NCBI RefSeq assembly: GCF_014251775.1
Contig: NZ_CP059199.1
Location: 529,717-561,716, forward strand
DNA from: Candidatus Saccharimonadota bacterium
GTDB taxonomy: Bacteria > Bacteroidota > Bacteroidia > Flavobacteriales > Blattabacteriaceae
Length of the DNA: 32,000 nt
Direction: 5' to 3'
Positions within the stretch are counted from its first letter, which is position 1, and each line of letters starts with the position of its first letter. The translations under genes were made by a program, and so were the position numbers. Below the pieces are notes generated by a model that was not told where the DNA came from, searched no databases, and worked only from the letters and a program-made list of their open reading frames with translations. Below are positions 18,055 to 27,322 of this stretch, one piece after another.

Positions 18055-18882
18055 ATGAATGCTATAAAGAATTATTTTAAAATAAATTATGTTGAATCTA
18101 TTTTATTAGTAATTGCATTTATTACTCTAAATTTTATTAATGTTTTTATAAGAAAATTTCTATTGTCTCTTAACTTATCTGAAAATACTATATTTGCCGT
18201 ATCATATAGTATTCCTTTTATTATTTTATTCACTTTTATATCTCACCAGGCTAAAAAAAAAAACTTAGTGGTTGATTTATCAATTAGAATATCACCATGG
18301 TATGTTTATTTTGTTATATTTTTTATGATGCTAAGTGCTATAATATTAAACGAACATTTATCATCATTAGTTCCAAAAGAAGGACCTATATTAGAAAATA
18401 TGTATAAAGAAATAGAAGTTGTATTAAAAGAAGAAGTTAAAAATCCAATTCCATTTTTTTCAACTACAGTTTTATTAGCCCCTATATGTGAAGAAATTCT
18501 TTTTAGAGGTATTATTTTAAATGGAATGTTAAGAAATAAAATACATCCAATAAAAGCAATAATTTTTTCTTCATTTTTATTTGGATTAACTCATATGAAC
18601 CCATGGCAACTTTTAGGGGGATTATTTGTTGGAAGTTTTATTGGTTATATTTATTATATAACTAATTCTATTACAGATTGTATTTTATTACATATATTAA
18701 ATAATTTCATTGCAACAGTTGGGATATTTTATTCATTAGATGATGGGTTAGATTATAATAATTTAGAAAAATTAGACAATAATAATCATGTATATATTTT
18801 TTTAATTAGTATACTAATCTTATTAAGTGGATCTTATTTTCTTCTTAAGAAAAGAAAAAATATATTAAAACTAATAAAATAA
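18055..18882 (+). CDS. CPBP (CAAX/Abi) family intramembrane glutamic endopeptidase
   Basis: 275 aa, multi-pass membrane protein. All three CPBP motifs are present: EEILFRG (EExxxR), FGLTHM (FxxxH) and HILNN (HxxxN). Confidence 0.75.
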   Translation: MNAIKNYFKINYVESILLVIAFITLNFINVFIRKFLLSLNLSENTIFAVSYSIPFIILFTFISHQAKKKNLVVDLSIRISPWYVYFVIFFMMLSAIILNEHLSSLVPKEGPILENMYKEIEVVLKEEVKNPIPFFSTTVLLAPICEEILFRGIILNGMLRNKIHPIKAIIFSSFLFGLTHMNPWQLLGGLFVGSFIGYIYYITNSITDCILLHILNNFIATVGIFYSLDDGLDYNNLEKLDNNNHVYIFLISILILLSGSYFLLKKRKNILKLIK

Positions 18883-18905
18883 ATTTTATAAAAAATATTT
18901 ATATA

Positions 18906-19826
18906 TTGAGAAAATCTTCATTAACAATTTTAGGTTGTCATTCGTCTATACCTACTTCAAATAGGTTTAATCCCACATCTCAAATATTAGAAATGAATGG
19001 GTCTTATTTTCTTATAGATTGTGGAGAAGGAACTCAGGTGCAATTAAGAAAAGCTAAAATAAAATTTAGTAAAATAATACATATATTTATATCTCATTTA
19101 CACGGGGATCATTTTTTTGGATTAATAGGACTTTTATCGACGTTTCATTTATTAGGGAGAGAAAAAACAGTAGTTATTTTTGCTCCAAAAGGACTCAAAG
19201 AAATTATTAATGTTCATTTTAAATGGTCTTATACTAAATTAAGATATCCTATAAATTATATAGAATTATATTCTAATAAATTAGAAAAAATTTTAGAGAA
19301 TGAAAAAGTAGAAGTTTTTACTATACCATTAAAACATAGAATTTATACTAATGGATTTTTATTTAAAGAAAAATTAAGTCCTAGAAAATTAAATATTAAA
19401 GAAATAAATAAAATATCATCTATTAAAATATCTGATTATAAAAATTTAAAATTAGGAAATGATTTTATTAGTACAAATGGAAAAATAGTTCCTAATTCAA
19501 AATTAACTTTAGATCCACCTAAAATATTATCTTATGCATTTTGTTCAGATACGTCTTATCATCCACCTATTATAGAATATATAAAAAATGTAGATTTATT
19601 ATATCATGAATCTACTTTTCTAAAAATAGAAGAAAATAGAGCTACTAAAACTGGTCATTCTACAGCTAATCAAGCAGCGGATATAGCAAAAAGAGCAAAA
19701 GTAAAAAAATTACTTTTAGGTCATTATTCTAATAGATTTCCTAATATAAAAGATTTTGAAAAAGAAGCTAAAAAAATATTTTTTAATACAGAATCTACGG
19801 AAAATTTAAAAACATATTATCTATAA
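18906..19826 (+). CDS. rnz: Ribonuclease Z (tRNA 3' endonuclease)
   Basis: 306 aa. LTILGCHSSIPT...NPTSQILEMNGSYFLIDCGEGTQVQL, metallo-beta-lactamase motif ISHLHGDHFFGL, and C-terminal LLLGHYSNRF. The track start at 18906 is TTG. The next in-frame ATG (residue 30) would delete the conserved N-terminal strand, so a non-ATG start is likely. Confidence 0.85.
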   Translation: MRKSSLTILGCHSSIPTSNRFNPTSQILEMNGSYFLIDCGEGTQVQLRKAKIKFSKIIHIFISHLHGDHFFGLIGLLSTFHLLGREKTVVIFAPKGLKEIINVHFKWSYTKLRYPINYIELYSNKLEKILENEKVEVFTIPLKHRIYTNGFLFKEKLSPRKLNIKEINKISSIKISDYKNLKLGNDFISTNGKIVPNSKLTLDPPKILSYAFCSDTSYHPPIIEYIKNVDLLYHESTFLKIEENRATKTGHSTANQAADIAKRAKVKKLLLGHYSNRFPNIKDFEKEAKKIFFNTESTENLKTYYL

Positions 19827-19849
19827 ATTATTTATTTTAAATAAAAATT

Positions 19850-20170
19850 TTAATTATTAATTATATTTATATTTATTTTAGGTATTTTTTTTACACGATA
19901 TCTCAATCTTTTAGATAATAATTTTCTATAAAAATTAGATCTATAATAGATATAATTAACAATACTTTTTTCAGCAAATGGATAAATATTAATATATAAT
20001 TTTATTATATTGATATTAAAATTAATTTTTATATTAGTTAATGTAATTAAAAAATTATTTATATTATCTCTATTTTCTTCATTTAAAATTTCAGCTATCT
20101 CTATAAAAAAAATAGAAGAAAGTTTTTGATATTTGATAATATTTTTTTTATTTTCGTTCATAATAATCAT
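19850..20170 (-). CDS. rbfA: Ribosome-binding factor A (divergent)
   Basis: 106 aa. Its pattern parallels E. coli RbfA: ...IEIAEILNEE...ITLTNIKINFNINIIKLYINIY (cf. KEIALILQREI...[20 protein letters not shown]) and FYRKLLSKRLRYRVKKIPKININI (cf. [22 protein letters not shown]). Heavily AT-biased, so the identity is less certain. Confidence 0.62.
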   Translation of the reverse strand: MIIMNENKKNIIKYQKLSSIFFIEIAEILNEENRDNINNFLITLTNIKINFNINIIKLYINIYPFAEKSIVNYIYYRSNFYRKLLSKRLRYRVKKIPKININIINN

Positions 20171-20223
20171 AAAAAATTTTAATTTTAAATAAATAACTAA
20201 TATTGAAATTAGTATTTTTTTTA

Positions 20224-20297
20224 GGTCTCATAGCTCAGTCGGTTAGAGCATCTGACTCATAATCAGGGGGTCGCTGGTTCAAGTCCAGCTGAGACCA
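20224..20297 (+). tRNA. tRNA with anticodon CAT, probably tRNA-Ile2 (lysidine-modified, reads AUA)
   Basis: Perfect 7-bp acceptor GGTCTCA/TGAGACC, D arm AGCTCAGTCGGTTAGAGC, and anticodon loop CTCATAA. The variable and T region GGTCGCTGGTTCAAGTCCAGC is the same string I recall from E. coli ileX. Discriminator A. 74 nt. Confidence 0.78.
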
Positions 20298-20317
20298 CTA
20301 TTGATTGAATTAAAAAA

Positions 20318-20392
20318 TAACTGGAATGGGATTCGAACCCACAACTTACAGTTTAGGAAACTGTTGTTCTATCCTAATTGAACTATCCAGTT
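20318..20392 (-). tRNA. tRNA-Arg (anticodon CCT)
   Basis: Reverse complement folds as acceptor AACTGGA/TCCAGTT, D stem GTTC/GAAC, anticodon stem ACAGT/ACTGT with loop TTCCTAA (anticodon CCT), and T arm GTGGG-TTCGAAT-CCCAT. Discriminator A. 75 nt. D and T arms are nearly identical to the tRNA-Arg(CCG) at 13582-13656. Confidence 0.85.
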
Positions 20393-20410
20393 ATTAATAA
20401 AATATTTCAT

Positions 20411-20665
20411 TTATATTTCTATAATAGAAACAACTGACTTATTATATTTTTTTTTTCGAAAATTTACCAATCCAGTTTTTAATGCATATAACGTATGATC
20501 CCTCCCTATTCCTACATTACTTCCTGGATAATATTTAGTTCCCCTTTGACGTAATATTATTCCTCCAGAACGGATATATTGATTTCCATATACCTTTATT
20601 CCTAATCTACGTCCTGATGAATCTCTACCATTTCTAGAACTTCCTGAACCTTTTTTATGTGCCAT
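20411..20665 (-). CDS. rpmA: 50S ribosomal protein L27
   Basis: 84 aa. [61 protein letters not shown] is the canonical L27 sequence pattern. Confidence 0.95.
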   Translation of the reverse strand: MAHKKGSGSSRNGRDSSGRRLGIKVYGNQYIRSGGIILRQRGTKYYPGSNVGIGRDHTLYALKTGLVNFRKKKYNKSVVSIIEI

Positions 20666-20681
20666 ATCTATATAAAATTAT

Positions 20682-20999
20682 TTATTCTTCTAAAAAAGAA
20701 ATTACTTTAATTTTTGAAAAAATAGGTCTAAATCCATTTTTTATTTTATATCCTTTTCTTCTTTTTTTCTTAAAAATAATAATTTTTTTACCTTTCAAAT
20801 GATTTAAAATTTCTATTTGAACACTAATTTTTTCTAGAATTGGAGTCCCTATTTTAGCAATTCCATTCTTATAAAAAAGAAGTACTTTTTTTATAGAAAT
20901 TTTTTTTCCTAAATCTTGTGATAAATATGGAACATAAACATATTTTTTTTCAAAAAGTTTAAATTGCATTCCTTTTATATTAACAATAGCATAATTCAT
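20682..20999 (-). CDS. rplU: 50S ribosomal protein L21
   Basis: 105 aa. MNYAIVNIKGMQFKL... and ...KIIIFKKKRRKGYKIKNGFRPIFSKIKV (cf. RRK.Y....GHRQ..T.) are L21-like. It sits immediately upstream of rpmA, as in most bacteria. Confidence 0.9.
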   Translation of the reverse strand: MNYAIVNIKGMQFKLFEKKYVYVPYLSQDLGKKISIKKVLLFYKNGIAKIGTPILEKISVQIEILNHLKGKKIIIFKKKRRKGYKIKNGFRPIFSKIKVISFLEE

Positions 21000-21010
21000 A
21001 TTATATTATA

Positions 21011-22243
21011 TTAAAATTTCAAAATTTTTTTCGCTTTTAAAATACTTTCAAATAAATAGTCTATTTCATCAAAAGTATTATATATCGCAAAACTAACTCG
21101 AATCATTCCTAAAACATTAAAAAAATTCATTAAAGGTTGTGCACAAAGATGTCCTGTTCTAACAGCAATACCTAAACGATCTAAAATAGATCCTAAATCA
21201 AAAAAATGTATATTTTTTATATTAAATGAAATAATACTCAATTTTTCTAAAGAATCATTTCCATAAATTGTTATTCCGGATATATTATTTAATCGTTTTA
21301 AAGCGTATTCAGTAAGTTTCTTTTTATAAAATTGTATATTTAATATACCAATTTTTTCAATAAAATTTATTGCTTTTCCCCATGAAAAAATTCCTTCTAT
21401 ATTAGGAGTTCCAGCTTCAAATTTAAATGGGATGGTTGAATAAGTAGTTTTTGTAAAACTTACATTCTTTATCATTTCTCCTCCAAATTGATAAGGAGAT
21501 ATTTTTTCTAAAATTTTTTTTTTACCATATAATATTCCAATACCAGTCGGTCCATACATTTTATGAGCTGAAAATACATAAAAATCTGTATCTAAATCTT
21601 GCATGTTTAAACATACATTTGGTGCTGCTTGAGCACCATCAATTAAAACCCATGCTCCATATTCATGAGATATATCTATAATTTTTTTAATAGGATTAAT
21701 TATTCCTAATACATTAGATATATGATTAATAGAAACTATTTTTGTCTTTTTTGAAATTAATGATTTAAAAATTTTTATATCTATAAAACCATTTTTATTA
21801 ATAGGAATAATTTTTAAAATAGATTTTTTATTTTTACAAATATTTTGCCATGGAACAATATTTGAATGATGCTCAGCGTGAGAAATTATAATTTCATCTC
21901 CATTTTTAATTAGATTTCCAATACTAGAAGCCACTAAATTTATAGATTCTGTAGTACCTTTTGTAAATAAAATTTCTGAAGGATATTTTGCAACAATGAA
22001 TTTTTGAATTTTTTTTCTTACATCCTCTATAGAGATAGTTGCTTTTCTACCTAAAAAATGTACTCCTCTATGAACGTTAGAATTTATATTAGAATAAAAA
22101 TATTCAGATGCTTCAATAACTTGTATTGGTTTATGAGTAGTAGCAGCATTATCAATATATATTATTGGATTTACCGAATCAATTTTTTTTTTTAAAATAG
22201 GAAATTGATTCCTAATTTCCTTTATTTCTTTTCTTGAAAACAT
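21011..22243 (-). CDS. sufS: Cysteine desulfurase SufS (class II aminotransferase V)
   Basis: 410 aa. IYIDNAATTHKP, the PLP-lysine region FYVFSAHKMYGPTGIGILYG, and the active-site Cys loop AVRTGHLCAQPLM. Confidence 0.92.
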   Translation of the reverse strand: MFSRKEIKEIRNQFPILKKKIDSVNPIIYIDNAATTHKPIQVIEASEYFYSNINSNVHRGVHFLGRKATISIEDVRKKIQKFIVAKYPSEILFTKGTTESINLVASSIGNLIKNGDEIIISHAEHHSNIVPWQNICKNKKSILKIIPINKNGFIDIKIFKSLISKKTKIVSINHISNVLGIINPIKKIIDISHEYGAWVLIDGAQAAPNVCLNMQDLDTDFYVFSAHKMYGPTGIGILYGKKKILEKISPYQFGGEMIKNVSFTKTTYSTIPFKFEAGTPNIEGIFSWGKAINFIEKIGILNIQFYKKKLTEYALKRLNNISGITIYGNDSLEKLSIISFNIKNIHFFDLGSILDRLGIAVRTGHLCAQPLMNFFNVLGMIRVSFAIYNTFDEIDYLFESILKAKKILKF

Positions 22244-22245
22244 TT

Positions 22246-23550
22246 TTATAAGAATTCATTCAACTTCTTATTTATATTATCTTGTATAATTTTTTTTAAA
22301 TTATACAAAGTAATAGATTTAAATATATCATTTAAAAATGAAAATAATAATAAAATATTTCCTTCTTTTTCAGATATACCTCTTGATTTAAGATAAAATA
22401 ATTCAGATTTCTGTATATGACCAATTGTGCAACCATGTGAACATTTTACATCTTTAGAATAAATTTCTAATTGAGGTTTTGAATAAAAATTTGATCTTTT
22501 AGAAATAAGAATATTTTCATTTTTTTGAAATGCATTAATTTTTTTTATATTTTTATCGATAAATATTTTTCCATCAAAAATTCCATTGGAATTACCAAAA
22601 AGTATATTTTTGTATAATTGATTACTATAAGAATTTGAAAATAAATGATTTATAGAAGTAGAATGATAAATAGAATCCTTATTATATAATAGTGAAATTC
22701 CATATAAATTAGATTTTGTTTTTTCACCATTAGAAAAAAAATTCAAATTATTTTTTATTTTTTCTCCTTGTAAAGAAAAAGTATATACTTTACATTCACT
22801 TCCTTTTTTTTGTTTAATATTTGTATTGTCTACAAAATATGAGTTTTTTATATTATTTTGTACTTTAAAATAATCTATTTTACTATAATTTGAAGCATAA
22901 AGATCATTTACTATATTTATAAATGAGTAATTTTTTTTTATAAATTTATAATTTTCAATAATTTTAACATTAGAATTTTTTCCTACAATTATTAAAATTC
23001 TAGAATTTATCATTATTGATTCATTATTATTATAATAATGTAAAATTTCTATGGGTTTTTCTAAAGAAACATTATCAGGAATATTAATATATAAAAAATT
23101 ATCTAAAACAATTATATTTAGACTATAAAAAACATTATATCGAAAATAACATAAATTTTCATAAAAATTTTTGATTTTTTTATCATTATCAAATACATGA
23201 TCCAAATTAATTATATTATAATTAATTTTATTATATTTATATTTTATTAATTGATCATTATATTTTCCATTTATAAAAACAAATAAAAATGTATTATTTC
23301 TTTTAGAATAAGAAATTATTTCATCTTCTAAAATTTTTTCTTGTTTATATTTTTCTTTTTTTTCGTTTTGATAAAAAAAATTATACAGATTTTTTTTATT
23401 CCATTGTTCAATAAAAGGAGAATCAATAAAACTAAATTTGTTTTTTAAATATAAATCAATATGTTTTTTTCTTATTAGAGTTAAATAGGATTGATCATTA
23501 GAACATTTAATTTTAGATATTAAAAGATCTATTTTATCTATAAATTTCAT
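22246..23550 (-). CDS. sufD: Fe-S cluster assembly protein SufD
   Basis: 434 aa. The C-terminal beta-helix region ...FDGKIFIDKNIKKINAFQKNENILISKRSNFYSKPQLEIYSKDVKCSHGCTIGHIQKSELFYLKSRGISEKEG is typical of SufD. It lies between sufC and sufS. Confidence 0.85.
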   Translation of the reverse strand: MKFIDKIDLLISKIKCSNDQSYLTLIRKKHIDLYLKNKFSFIDSPFIEQWNKKNLYNFFYQNEKKEKYKQEKILEDEIISYSKRNNTFLFVFINGKYNDQLIKYKYNKINYNIINLDHVFDNDKKIKNFYENLCYFRYNVFYSLNIIVLDNFLYINIPDNVSLEKPIEILHYYNNNESIMINSRILIIVGKNSNVKIIENYKFIKKNYSFINIVNDLYASNYSKIDYFKVQNNIKNSYFVDNTNIKQKKGSECKVYTFSLQGEKIKNNLNFFSNGEKTKSNLYGISLLYNKDSIYHSTSINHLFSNSYSNQLYKNILFGNSNGIFDGKIFIDKNIKKINAFQKNENILISKRSNFYSKPQLEIYSKDVKCSHGCTIGHIQKSELFYLKSRGISEKEGNILLLFSFLNDIFKSITLYNLKKIIQDNINKKLNEFL

Positions 23551-23572
23551 ATTATGAATTTAATCTAATTAT

Positions 23573-24316
23573 TTAATCATTAAGCCAGTCATATCCTTTA
23601 TTTTCAATTTCTTCTACTAATTTTTTAGTTCCTGATTTTATAATTTTTCCATTATATAGAACATGGATAATAAAATCCGAACAAATACAATCTAATAATC
23701 TTTTATAATGAGTTATAATTATAATTGAATTATTTTTATTTTTAAAAGTATTAATTCCTTTTGAAATTATTCGTAAAGCGTCAATATCTAATCCAGAATC
23801 TATTTCATCTAAAATAGATAAAATAGGATTAATCATCATCATTTGAAGTATTTCACATTTTTTTTTTTCTCCACCTGAAAATCCATCATTTAAAGAACGA
23901 TATATAAAATCTTTTTCTATTCTTAACAAAGAAGATAAATTTTTAATTTTATATAAAAAATCTTTGATTGATAGTTTATCTAAATTTTTAGATATTCTAA
24001 TTGAATTCATAGATGTTTTAATAAAATTTATAATAGAAATTCCTGGAATTTCTATTGGATTTTGAAAAGATAAAAAAATACCTAAAGATGCTCTTTCTTC
24101 TGGAGAAAATTTTAATAAATTTTGATTAAAAAATGAAATATCTCCTTTTTCAATATGATAATCTTCTTTCCCAGCTATTACAGCCGCAAGTGTACTTTTA
24201 CCAGATGCATTAGGTCCCATTATTACATGTACCTCTCCAGGATTAACTTTTAAATTAATTCCTTTAAGGATATCTTTATTCCCTATAGTAACATGTAAGT
24301 CTTTTATTTTTAACAT
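23573..24316 (-). CDS. sufC: Fe-S cluster assembly ATPase SufC
   Basis: 247 aa. Walker A GPNASGKSTL, ABC signature FSGGEKKKCEILQM, Walker B ILDEIDSGLD, and the H-loop ITHY. Confidence 0.95.
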   Translation of the reverse strand: MLKIKDLHVTIGNKDILKGINLKVNPGEVHVIMGPNASGKSTLAAVIAGKEDYHIEKGDISFFNQNLLKFSPEERASLGIFLSFQNPIEIPGISIINFIKTSMNSIRISKNLDKLSIKDFLYKIKNLSSLLRIEKDFIYRSLNDGFSGGEKKKCEILQMMMINPILSILDEIDSGLDIDALRIISKGINTFKNKNNSIIIITHYKRLLDCICSDFIIHVLYNGKIIKSGTKKLVEEIENKGYDWLND

Positions 24317-24329
24317 AATAAATAAATTT

Positions 24330-25769
24330 TTATCCTAAAGATTTTTCTAAAGAGATTTCTAATAATTTTTGAGCTTCTATTGCAAATTCCATTGGTAATT
24401 TACTTACAATTTGGTTACTGAAACCATTAACTATTAATGATATTGCTTTTTCCATATCAATTCCTCTTTGATTACAATAAAATATTTGATCCTTTCCAAT
24501 TTTAGAAGTGGTAGCTTCATGTTCTATTTTCGACGATGAATTAGATACTTGGATATATGGATAAGTATGTGCTCCACATTTATCTCCTATTAATAAAGAA
24601 TCACATTGAGAAAAATTTCGGGAATTATTTGATTTTTCAGAAATTTTTACTAATCCTCTATAATTATTTTGTGCATTTCCAGATGAAACTCCTTTTGAAA
24701 TAATAGTACTATTAGTAAAATTTCCTATATGTATCATTTTTGTTCCAGTATCTGCTTGTTGAAAATTTTTAGTTAACGCTAAAGAGTAAAATTCTCCAGA
24801 AGAATAATCACCTTTTAAAATGCAAGATGGATATTTCCAAGTTATAGAAGATCCAGTTTCTACTTGAATCCAGGATATTTTAGATTTTTTTTCACATAAA
24901 CCTCTTTTTGTAACAAAATTTAATACCCCCCCAACTCCATTTTTATCCCCAGGATACCAATTTTGAACAGTAGAATATTTTATTTTAGCATTTTCCATTG
25001 CTATAATTTCTACTACTGCAGCATGTAATTGATTTTCTTTTCTTTGAGTAGCCGTACATCCTTCTAAATAACTAACAGAAGAATTTTTATCTGCTATAAT
25101 TAAAGTTCTTTCAAATTGACCAGTATTAACTTCATTAATACGAAAATATGTAGATAATTCCATAGGACAATGAACGTCTCTTGGGATGTAACAAAAAGAA
25201 CCATCTGAAAAAACTGCTGAATTTAAAGCAGCATAAAAATTATCATTTTTTGGGACTACAGTCCCTAAATATTTTTTAACAAGAATGGGATATTTTCTTA
25301 TAGCTTCATTAATAGAACAAAATATAATTCCTTTTTTTTTTAATTTTTCTTTAAAAGTGGTGATTAAAGATACAGAATCCAAAACTATATCTGTTGCCAC
25401 TTTTGACGAATTTTTTTTTATAGGAACTCCTAATATTTCAAATATATTAATTAATTCAGAATCTGATTTTTCTATGTTATTTAAATCAATTTTTTTTTTA
25501 GGAGATGAATGGTAAATAATTTTTTGAAAATTAGGAATATTGTATTTTAGATTAGCCCATTTTGGATAGGACATTTTTTTCCAAAAATAAAAAGATTTTA
25601 ACCTCCATTCCAACATCCATTTTGGTTCTTTATTTTTTTCTGTTATTTTTCTAATAATATCTTCATTTAATCCAATTTTGATTTTATCTGATTCTATTGG
25701 AATAGAAAATCCATATTTATATTCAGAATTATTAAAATCTTCTAATATTTTTTTATCTATTTTTTTCAT
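24330..25769 (-). CDS. sufB: Fe-S cluster assembly scaffold protein SufB
   Basis: 479 aa. ...YLEGCTA...HAAVVEI..., [34 protein letters not shown] and [23 protein letters not shown] are SufB hallmarks. Confidence 0.95.
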   Translation of the reverse strand: MKKIDKKILEDFNNSEYKYGFSIPIESDKIKIGLNEDIIRKITEKNKEPKWMLEWRLKSFYFWKKMSYPKWANLKYNIPNFQKIIYHSSPKKKIDLNNIEKSDSELINIFEILGVPIKKNSSKVATDIVLDSVSLITTFKEKLKKKGIIFCSINEAIRKYPILVKKYLGTVVPKNDNFYAALNSAVFSDGSFCYIPRDVHCPMELSTYFRINEVNTGQFERTLIIADKNSSVSYLEGCTATQRKENQLHAAVVEIIAMENAKIKYSTVQNWYPGDKNGVGGVLNFVTKRGLCEKKSKISWIQVETGSSITWKYPSCILKGDYSSGEFYSLALTKNFQQADTGTKMIHIGNFTNSTIISKGVSSGNAQNNYRGLVKISEKSNNSRNFSQCDSLLIGDKCGAHTYPYIQVSNSSSKIEHEATTSKIGKDQIFYCNQRGIDMEKAISLIVNGFSNQIVSKLPMEFAIEAQKLLEISLEKSLG

Positions 25770-25776
25770 TTTTTAA

Positions 25777-26106
25777 TTATGACGAAAAACTTTTTCCGCA
25801 TCCACAAGTATGTTTAGCATTAGGATTTATAAAATAGAATCCTTTTCCGTTTAAGTCATCTGAATATTCTAATGTTGCTCCTTTTAAATAAGGAATATTA
25901 TTTTTTTTTATTAATATATTTATTTCTTTATCTTTAAAAAGTTCATCTTCTTCTCTTTTTTTATTATCAAATGATAATTCATAAGACATACCAGAACACC
26001 CATCATTTTTTATCCCAAATCTAATAAATGACATATCTTTTGAAAATCCTTTTCTATTCATGATATTGATTAGTTTATTTTTAGCATTCTCAGATATAAA
26101 AACCAT
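25777..26106 (-). CDS. A-type Fe-S cluster carrier (HesB/IscA/SufA family)
   Basis: 109 aa. RFGIKNDGCSGMSYELSF and C-terminal CGCGKSF supply the three conserved cysteines. Its position directly upstream of sufB suggests a SufA role. Confidence 0.85.
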   Translation of the reverse strand: MVFISENAKNKLINIMNRKGFSKDMSFIRFGIKNDGCSGMSYELSFDNKKREEDELFKDKEINILIKKNNIPYLKGATLEYSDDLNGKGFYFINPNAKHTCGCGKSFSS

Positions 26107-26148
26107 AATTAAAATATTTATAACAAATATATTTATTATTTTTTTTCA

Positions 26149-27069
26149 TTAAAAATAAAATTTATTTATTATAAATATTTTAGATTTTAGACTTTGATTT
26201 TTTGTTATGAAAATAATATAAAATCCTAAAATAATAAATGGAATACTCAAACATTGTCCAGTATTCAAAATATAAAAATGAATAAATTCATTTTCTTGAG
26301 GTTCTTTTATAAATTCAATCAAAAATCTTGATCCCCAAGTTATTATCAAAAATAATCCAGATAAAAAACCATTTTTTAAAATTTTTTTTTTACAAAAAAT
26401 ATAATAAAAAAACCAAAGTATTACAAATAATATTAAATAGACTATAGATTCATATATTTGAGTAGGATGCCTAGGAATCATTAGATTATATCTTTTATCT
26501 TCCATTTGAATAAATTTTACAGCCCATGGTAATTTAGTTGGAATTCCAATTATTTCGGAATTAAAAAAATTTCCTATTCGAATAAACATAGAAGAAATTG
26601 CTGCAACAATGACTAATCGATCACATAACCAAATAAAAGGTTTTTTTTTTAAAAATTTTTTTTTATAAAAAAAAACAGCTATAATTATTCCTATAGCTGC
26701 TCCATGACTAGATAAACCTCTATATCCCACATATTCATAATTTTTTATAATTCCCAAAAAATAATTACCGTTATTTTTTCTAATAGGTAATACGGACTCT
26801 ATCCAATGATTTGAGAAATATAAAAAATCATAAAAAAAAATTTGTCCTAATCTTGATCCTATAATAGTTCCAAAAAAAGTATATCTAAATAATGGATCCA
26901 AATATTTTTTATTAATATTATCGTTTTGATATATATATTGCATGATCCACCATCCTAATAAAAAGGAAATAATAAACATTAAACTATAAATATGAATAAA
27001 AAAACCTTTCCATATATGAAATCTATGAATAGGATTCCAATTAATATATTCTAATACATTAATATACAT
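26149..27069 (-). CDS. lgt: Prolipoprotein diacylglyceryl transferase
   Basis: 306 aa polytopic membrane protein. GLSSHGAAIGIII, RIGNFFNSEIIGIPTKLPWAVKF and RHPTQIYES match the Lgt signature motifs. Confidence 0.9.
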   Translation of the reverse strand: MYINVLEYINWNPIHRFHIWKGFFIHIYSLMFIISFLLGWWIMQYIYQNDNINKKYLDPLFRYTFFGTIIGSRLGQIFFYDFLYFSNHWIESVLPIRKNNGNYFLGIIKNYEYVGYRGLSSHGAAIGIIIAVFFYKKKFLKKKPFIWLCDRLVIVAAISSMFIRIGNFFNSEIIGIPTKLPWAVKFIQMEDKRYNLMIPRHPTQIYESIVYLILFVILWFFYYIFCKKKILKNGFLSGLFLIITWGSRFLIEFIKEPQENEFIHFYILNTGQCLSIPFIILGFYIIFITKNQSLKSKIFIINKFYF

Positions 27070-27103
27070 ATCTAAAACTTAAGATTAATTATTTATATAA
27101 ATA

Positions 27104-27322
27104 TTAATCAGGAGGATCATATCCACTACCCCCCCATGGATTGCATCTAATTAATCTTTTGCATATCATAAAAATTGACTTTAAAAAATTCATTTTTTTT
27201 ATGGATAAAATCATATATTCTGAACATGTTGGAATATATCTACAATAATTTCCAATCCAAGGAGATATAAATAATTGATATATTCTAATAAGAATGATTA
27301 CAAAAAATTTGAAAACATTCAT
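27104..27322 (-). CDS. yidD: Membrane protein insertion efficiency factor YidD
   Basis: 72 aa. LIRIYQLFISPWIGNYCRYIPTCSEYMILSIKK...RCNPWGGSGYDPP is the YidD pattern. Its ATG overlaps the acnA TGA stop (ATGA at 27322-27319 on the minus strand). Confidence 0.9.
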   Translation of the reverse strand: MNVFKFFVIILIRIYQLFISPWIGNYCRYIPTCSEYMILSIKKMNFLKSIFMICKRLIRCNPWGGSGYDPPD

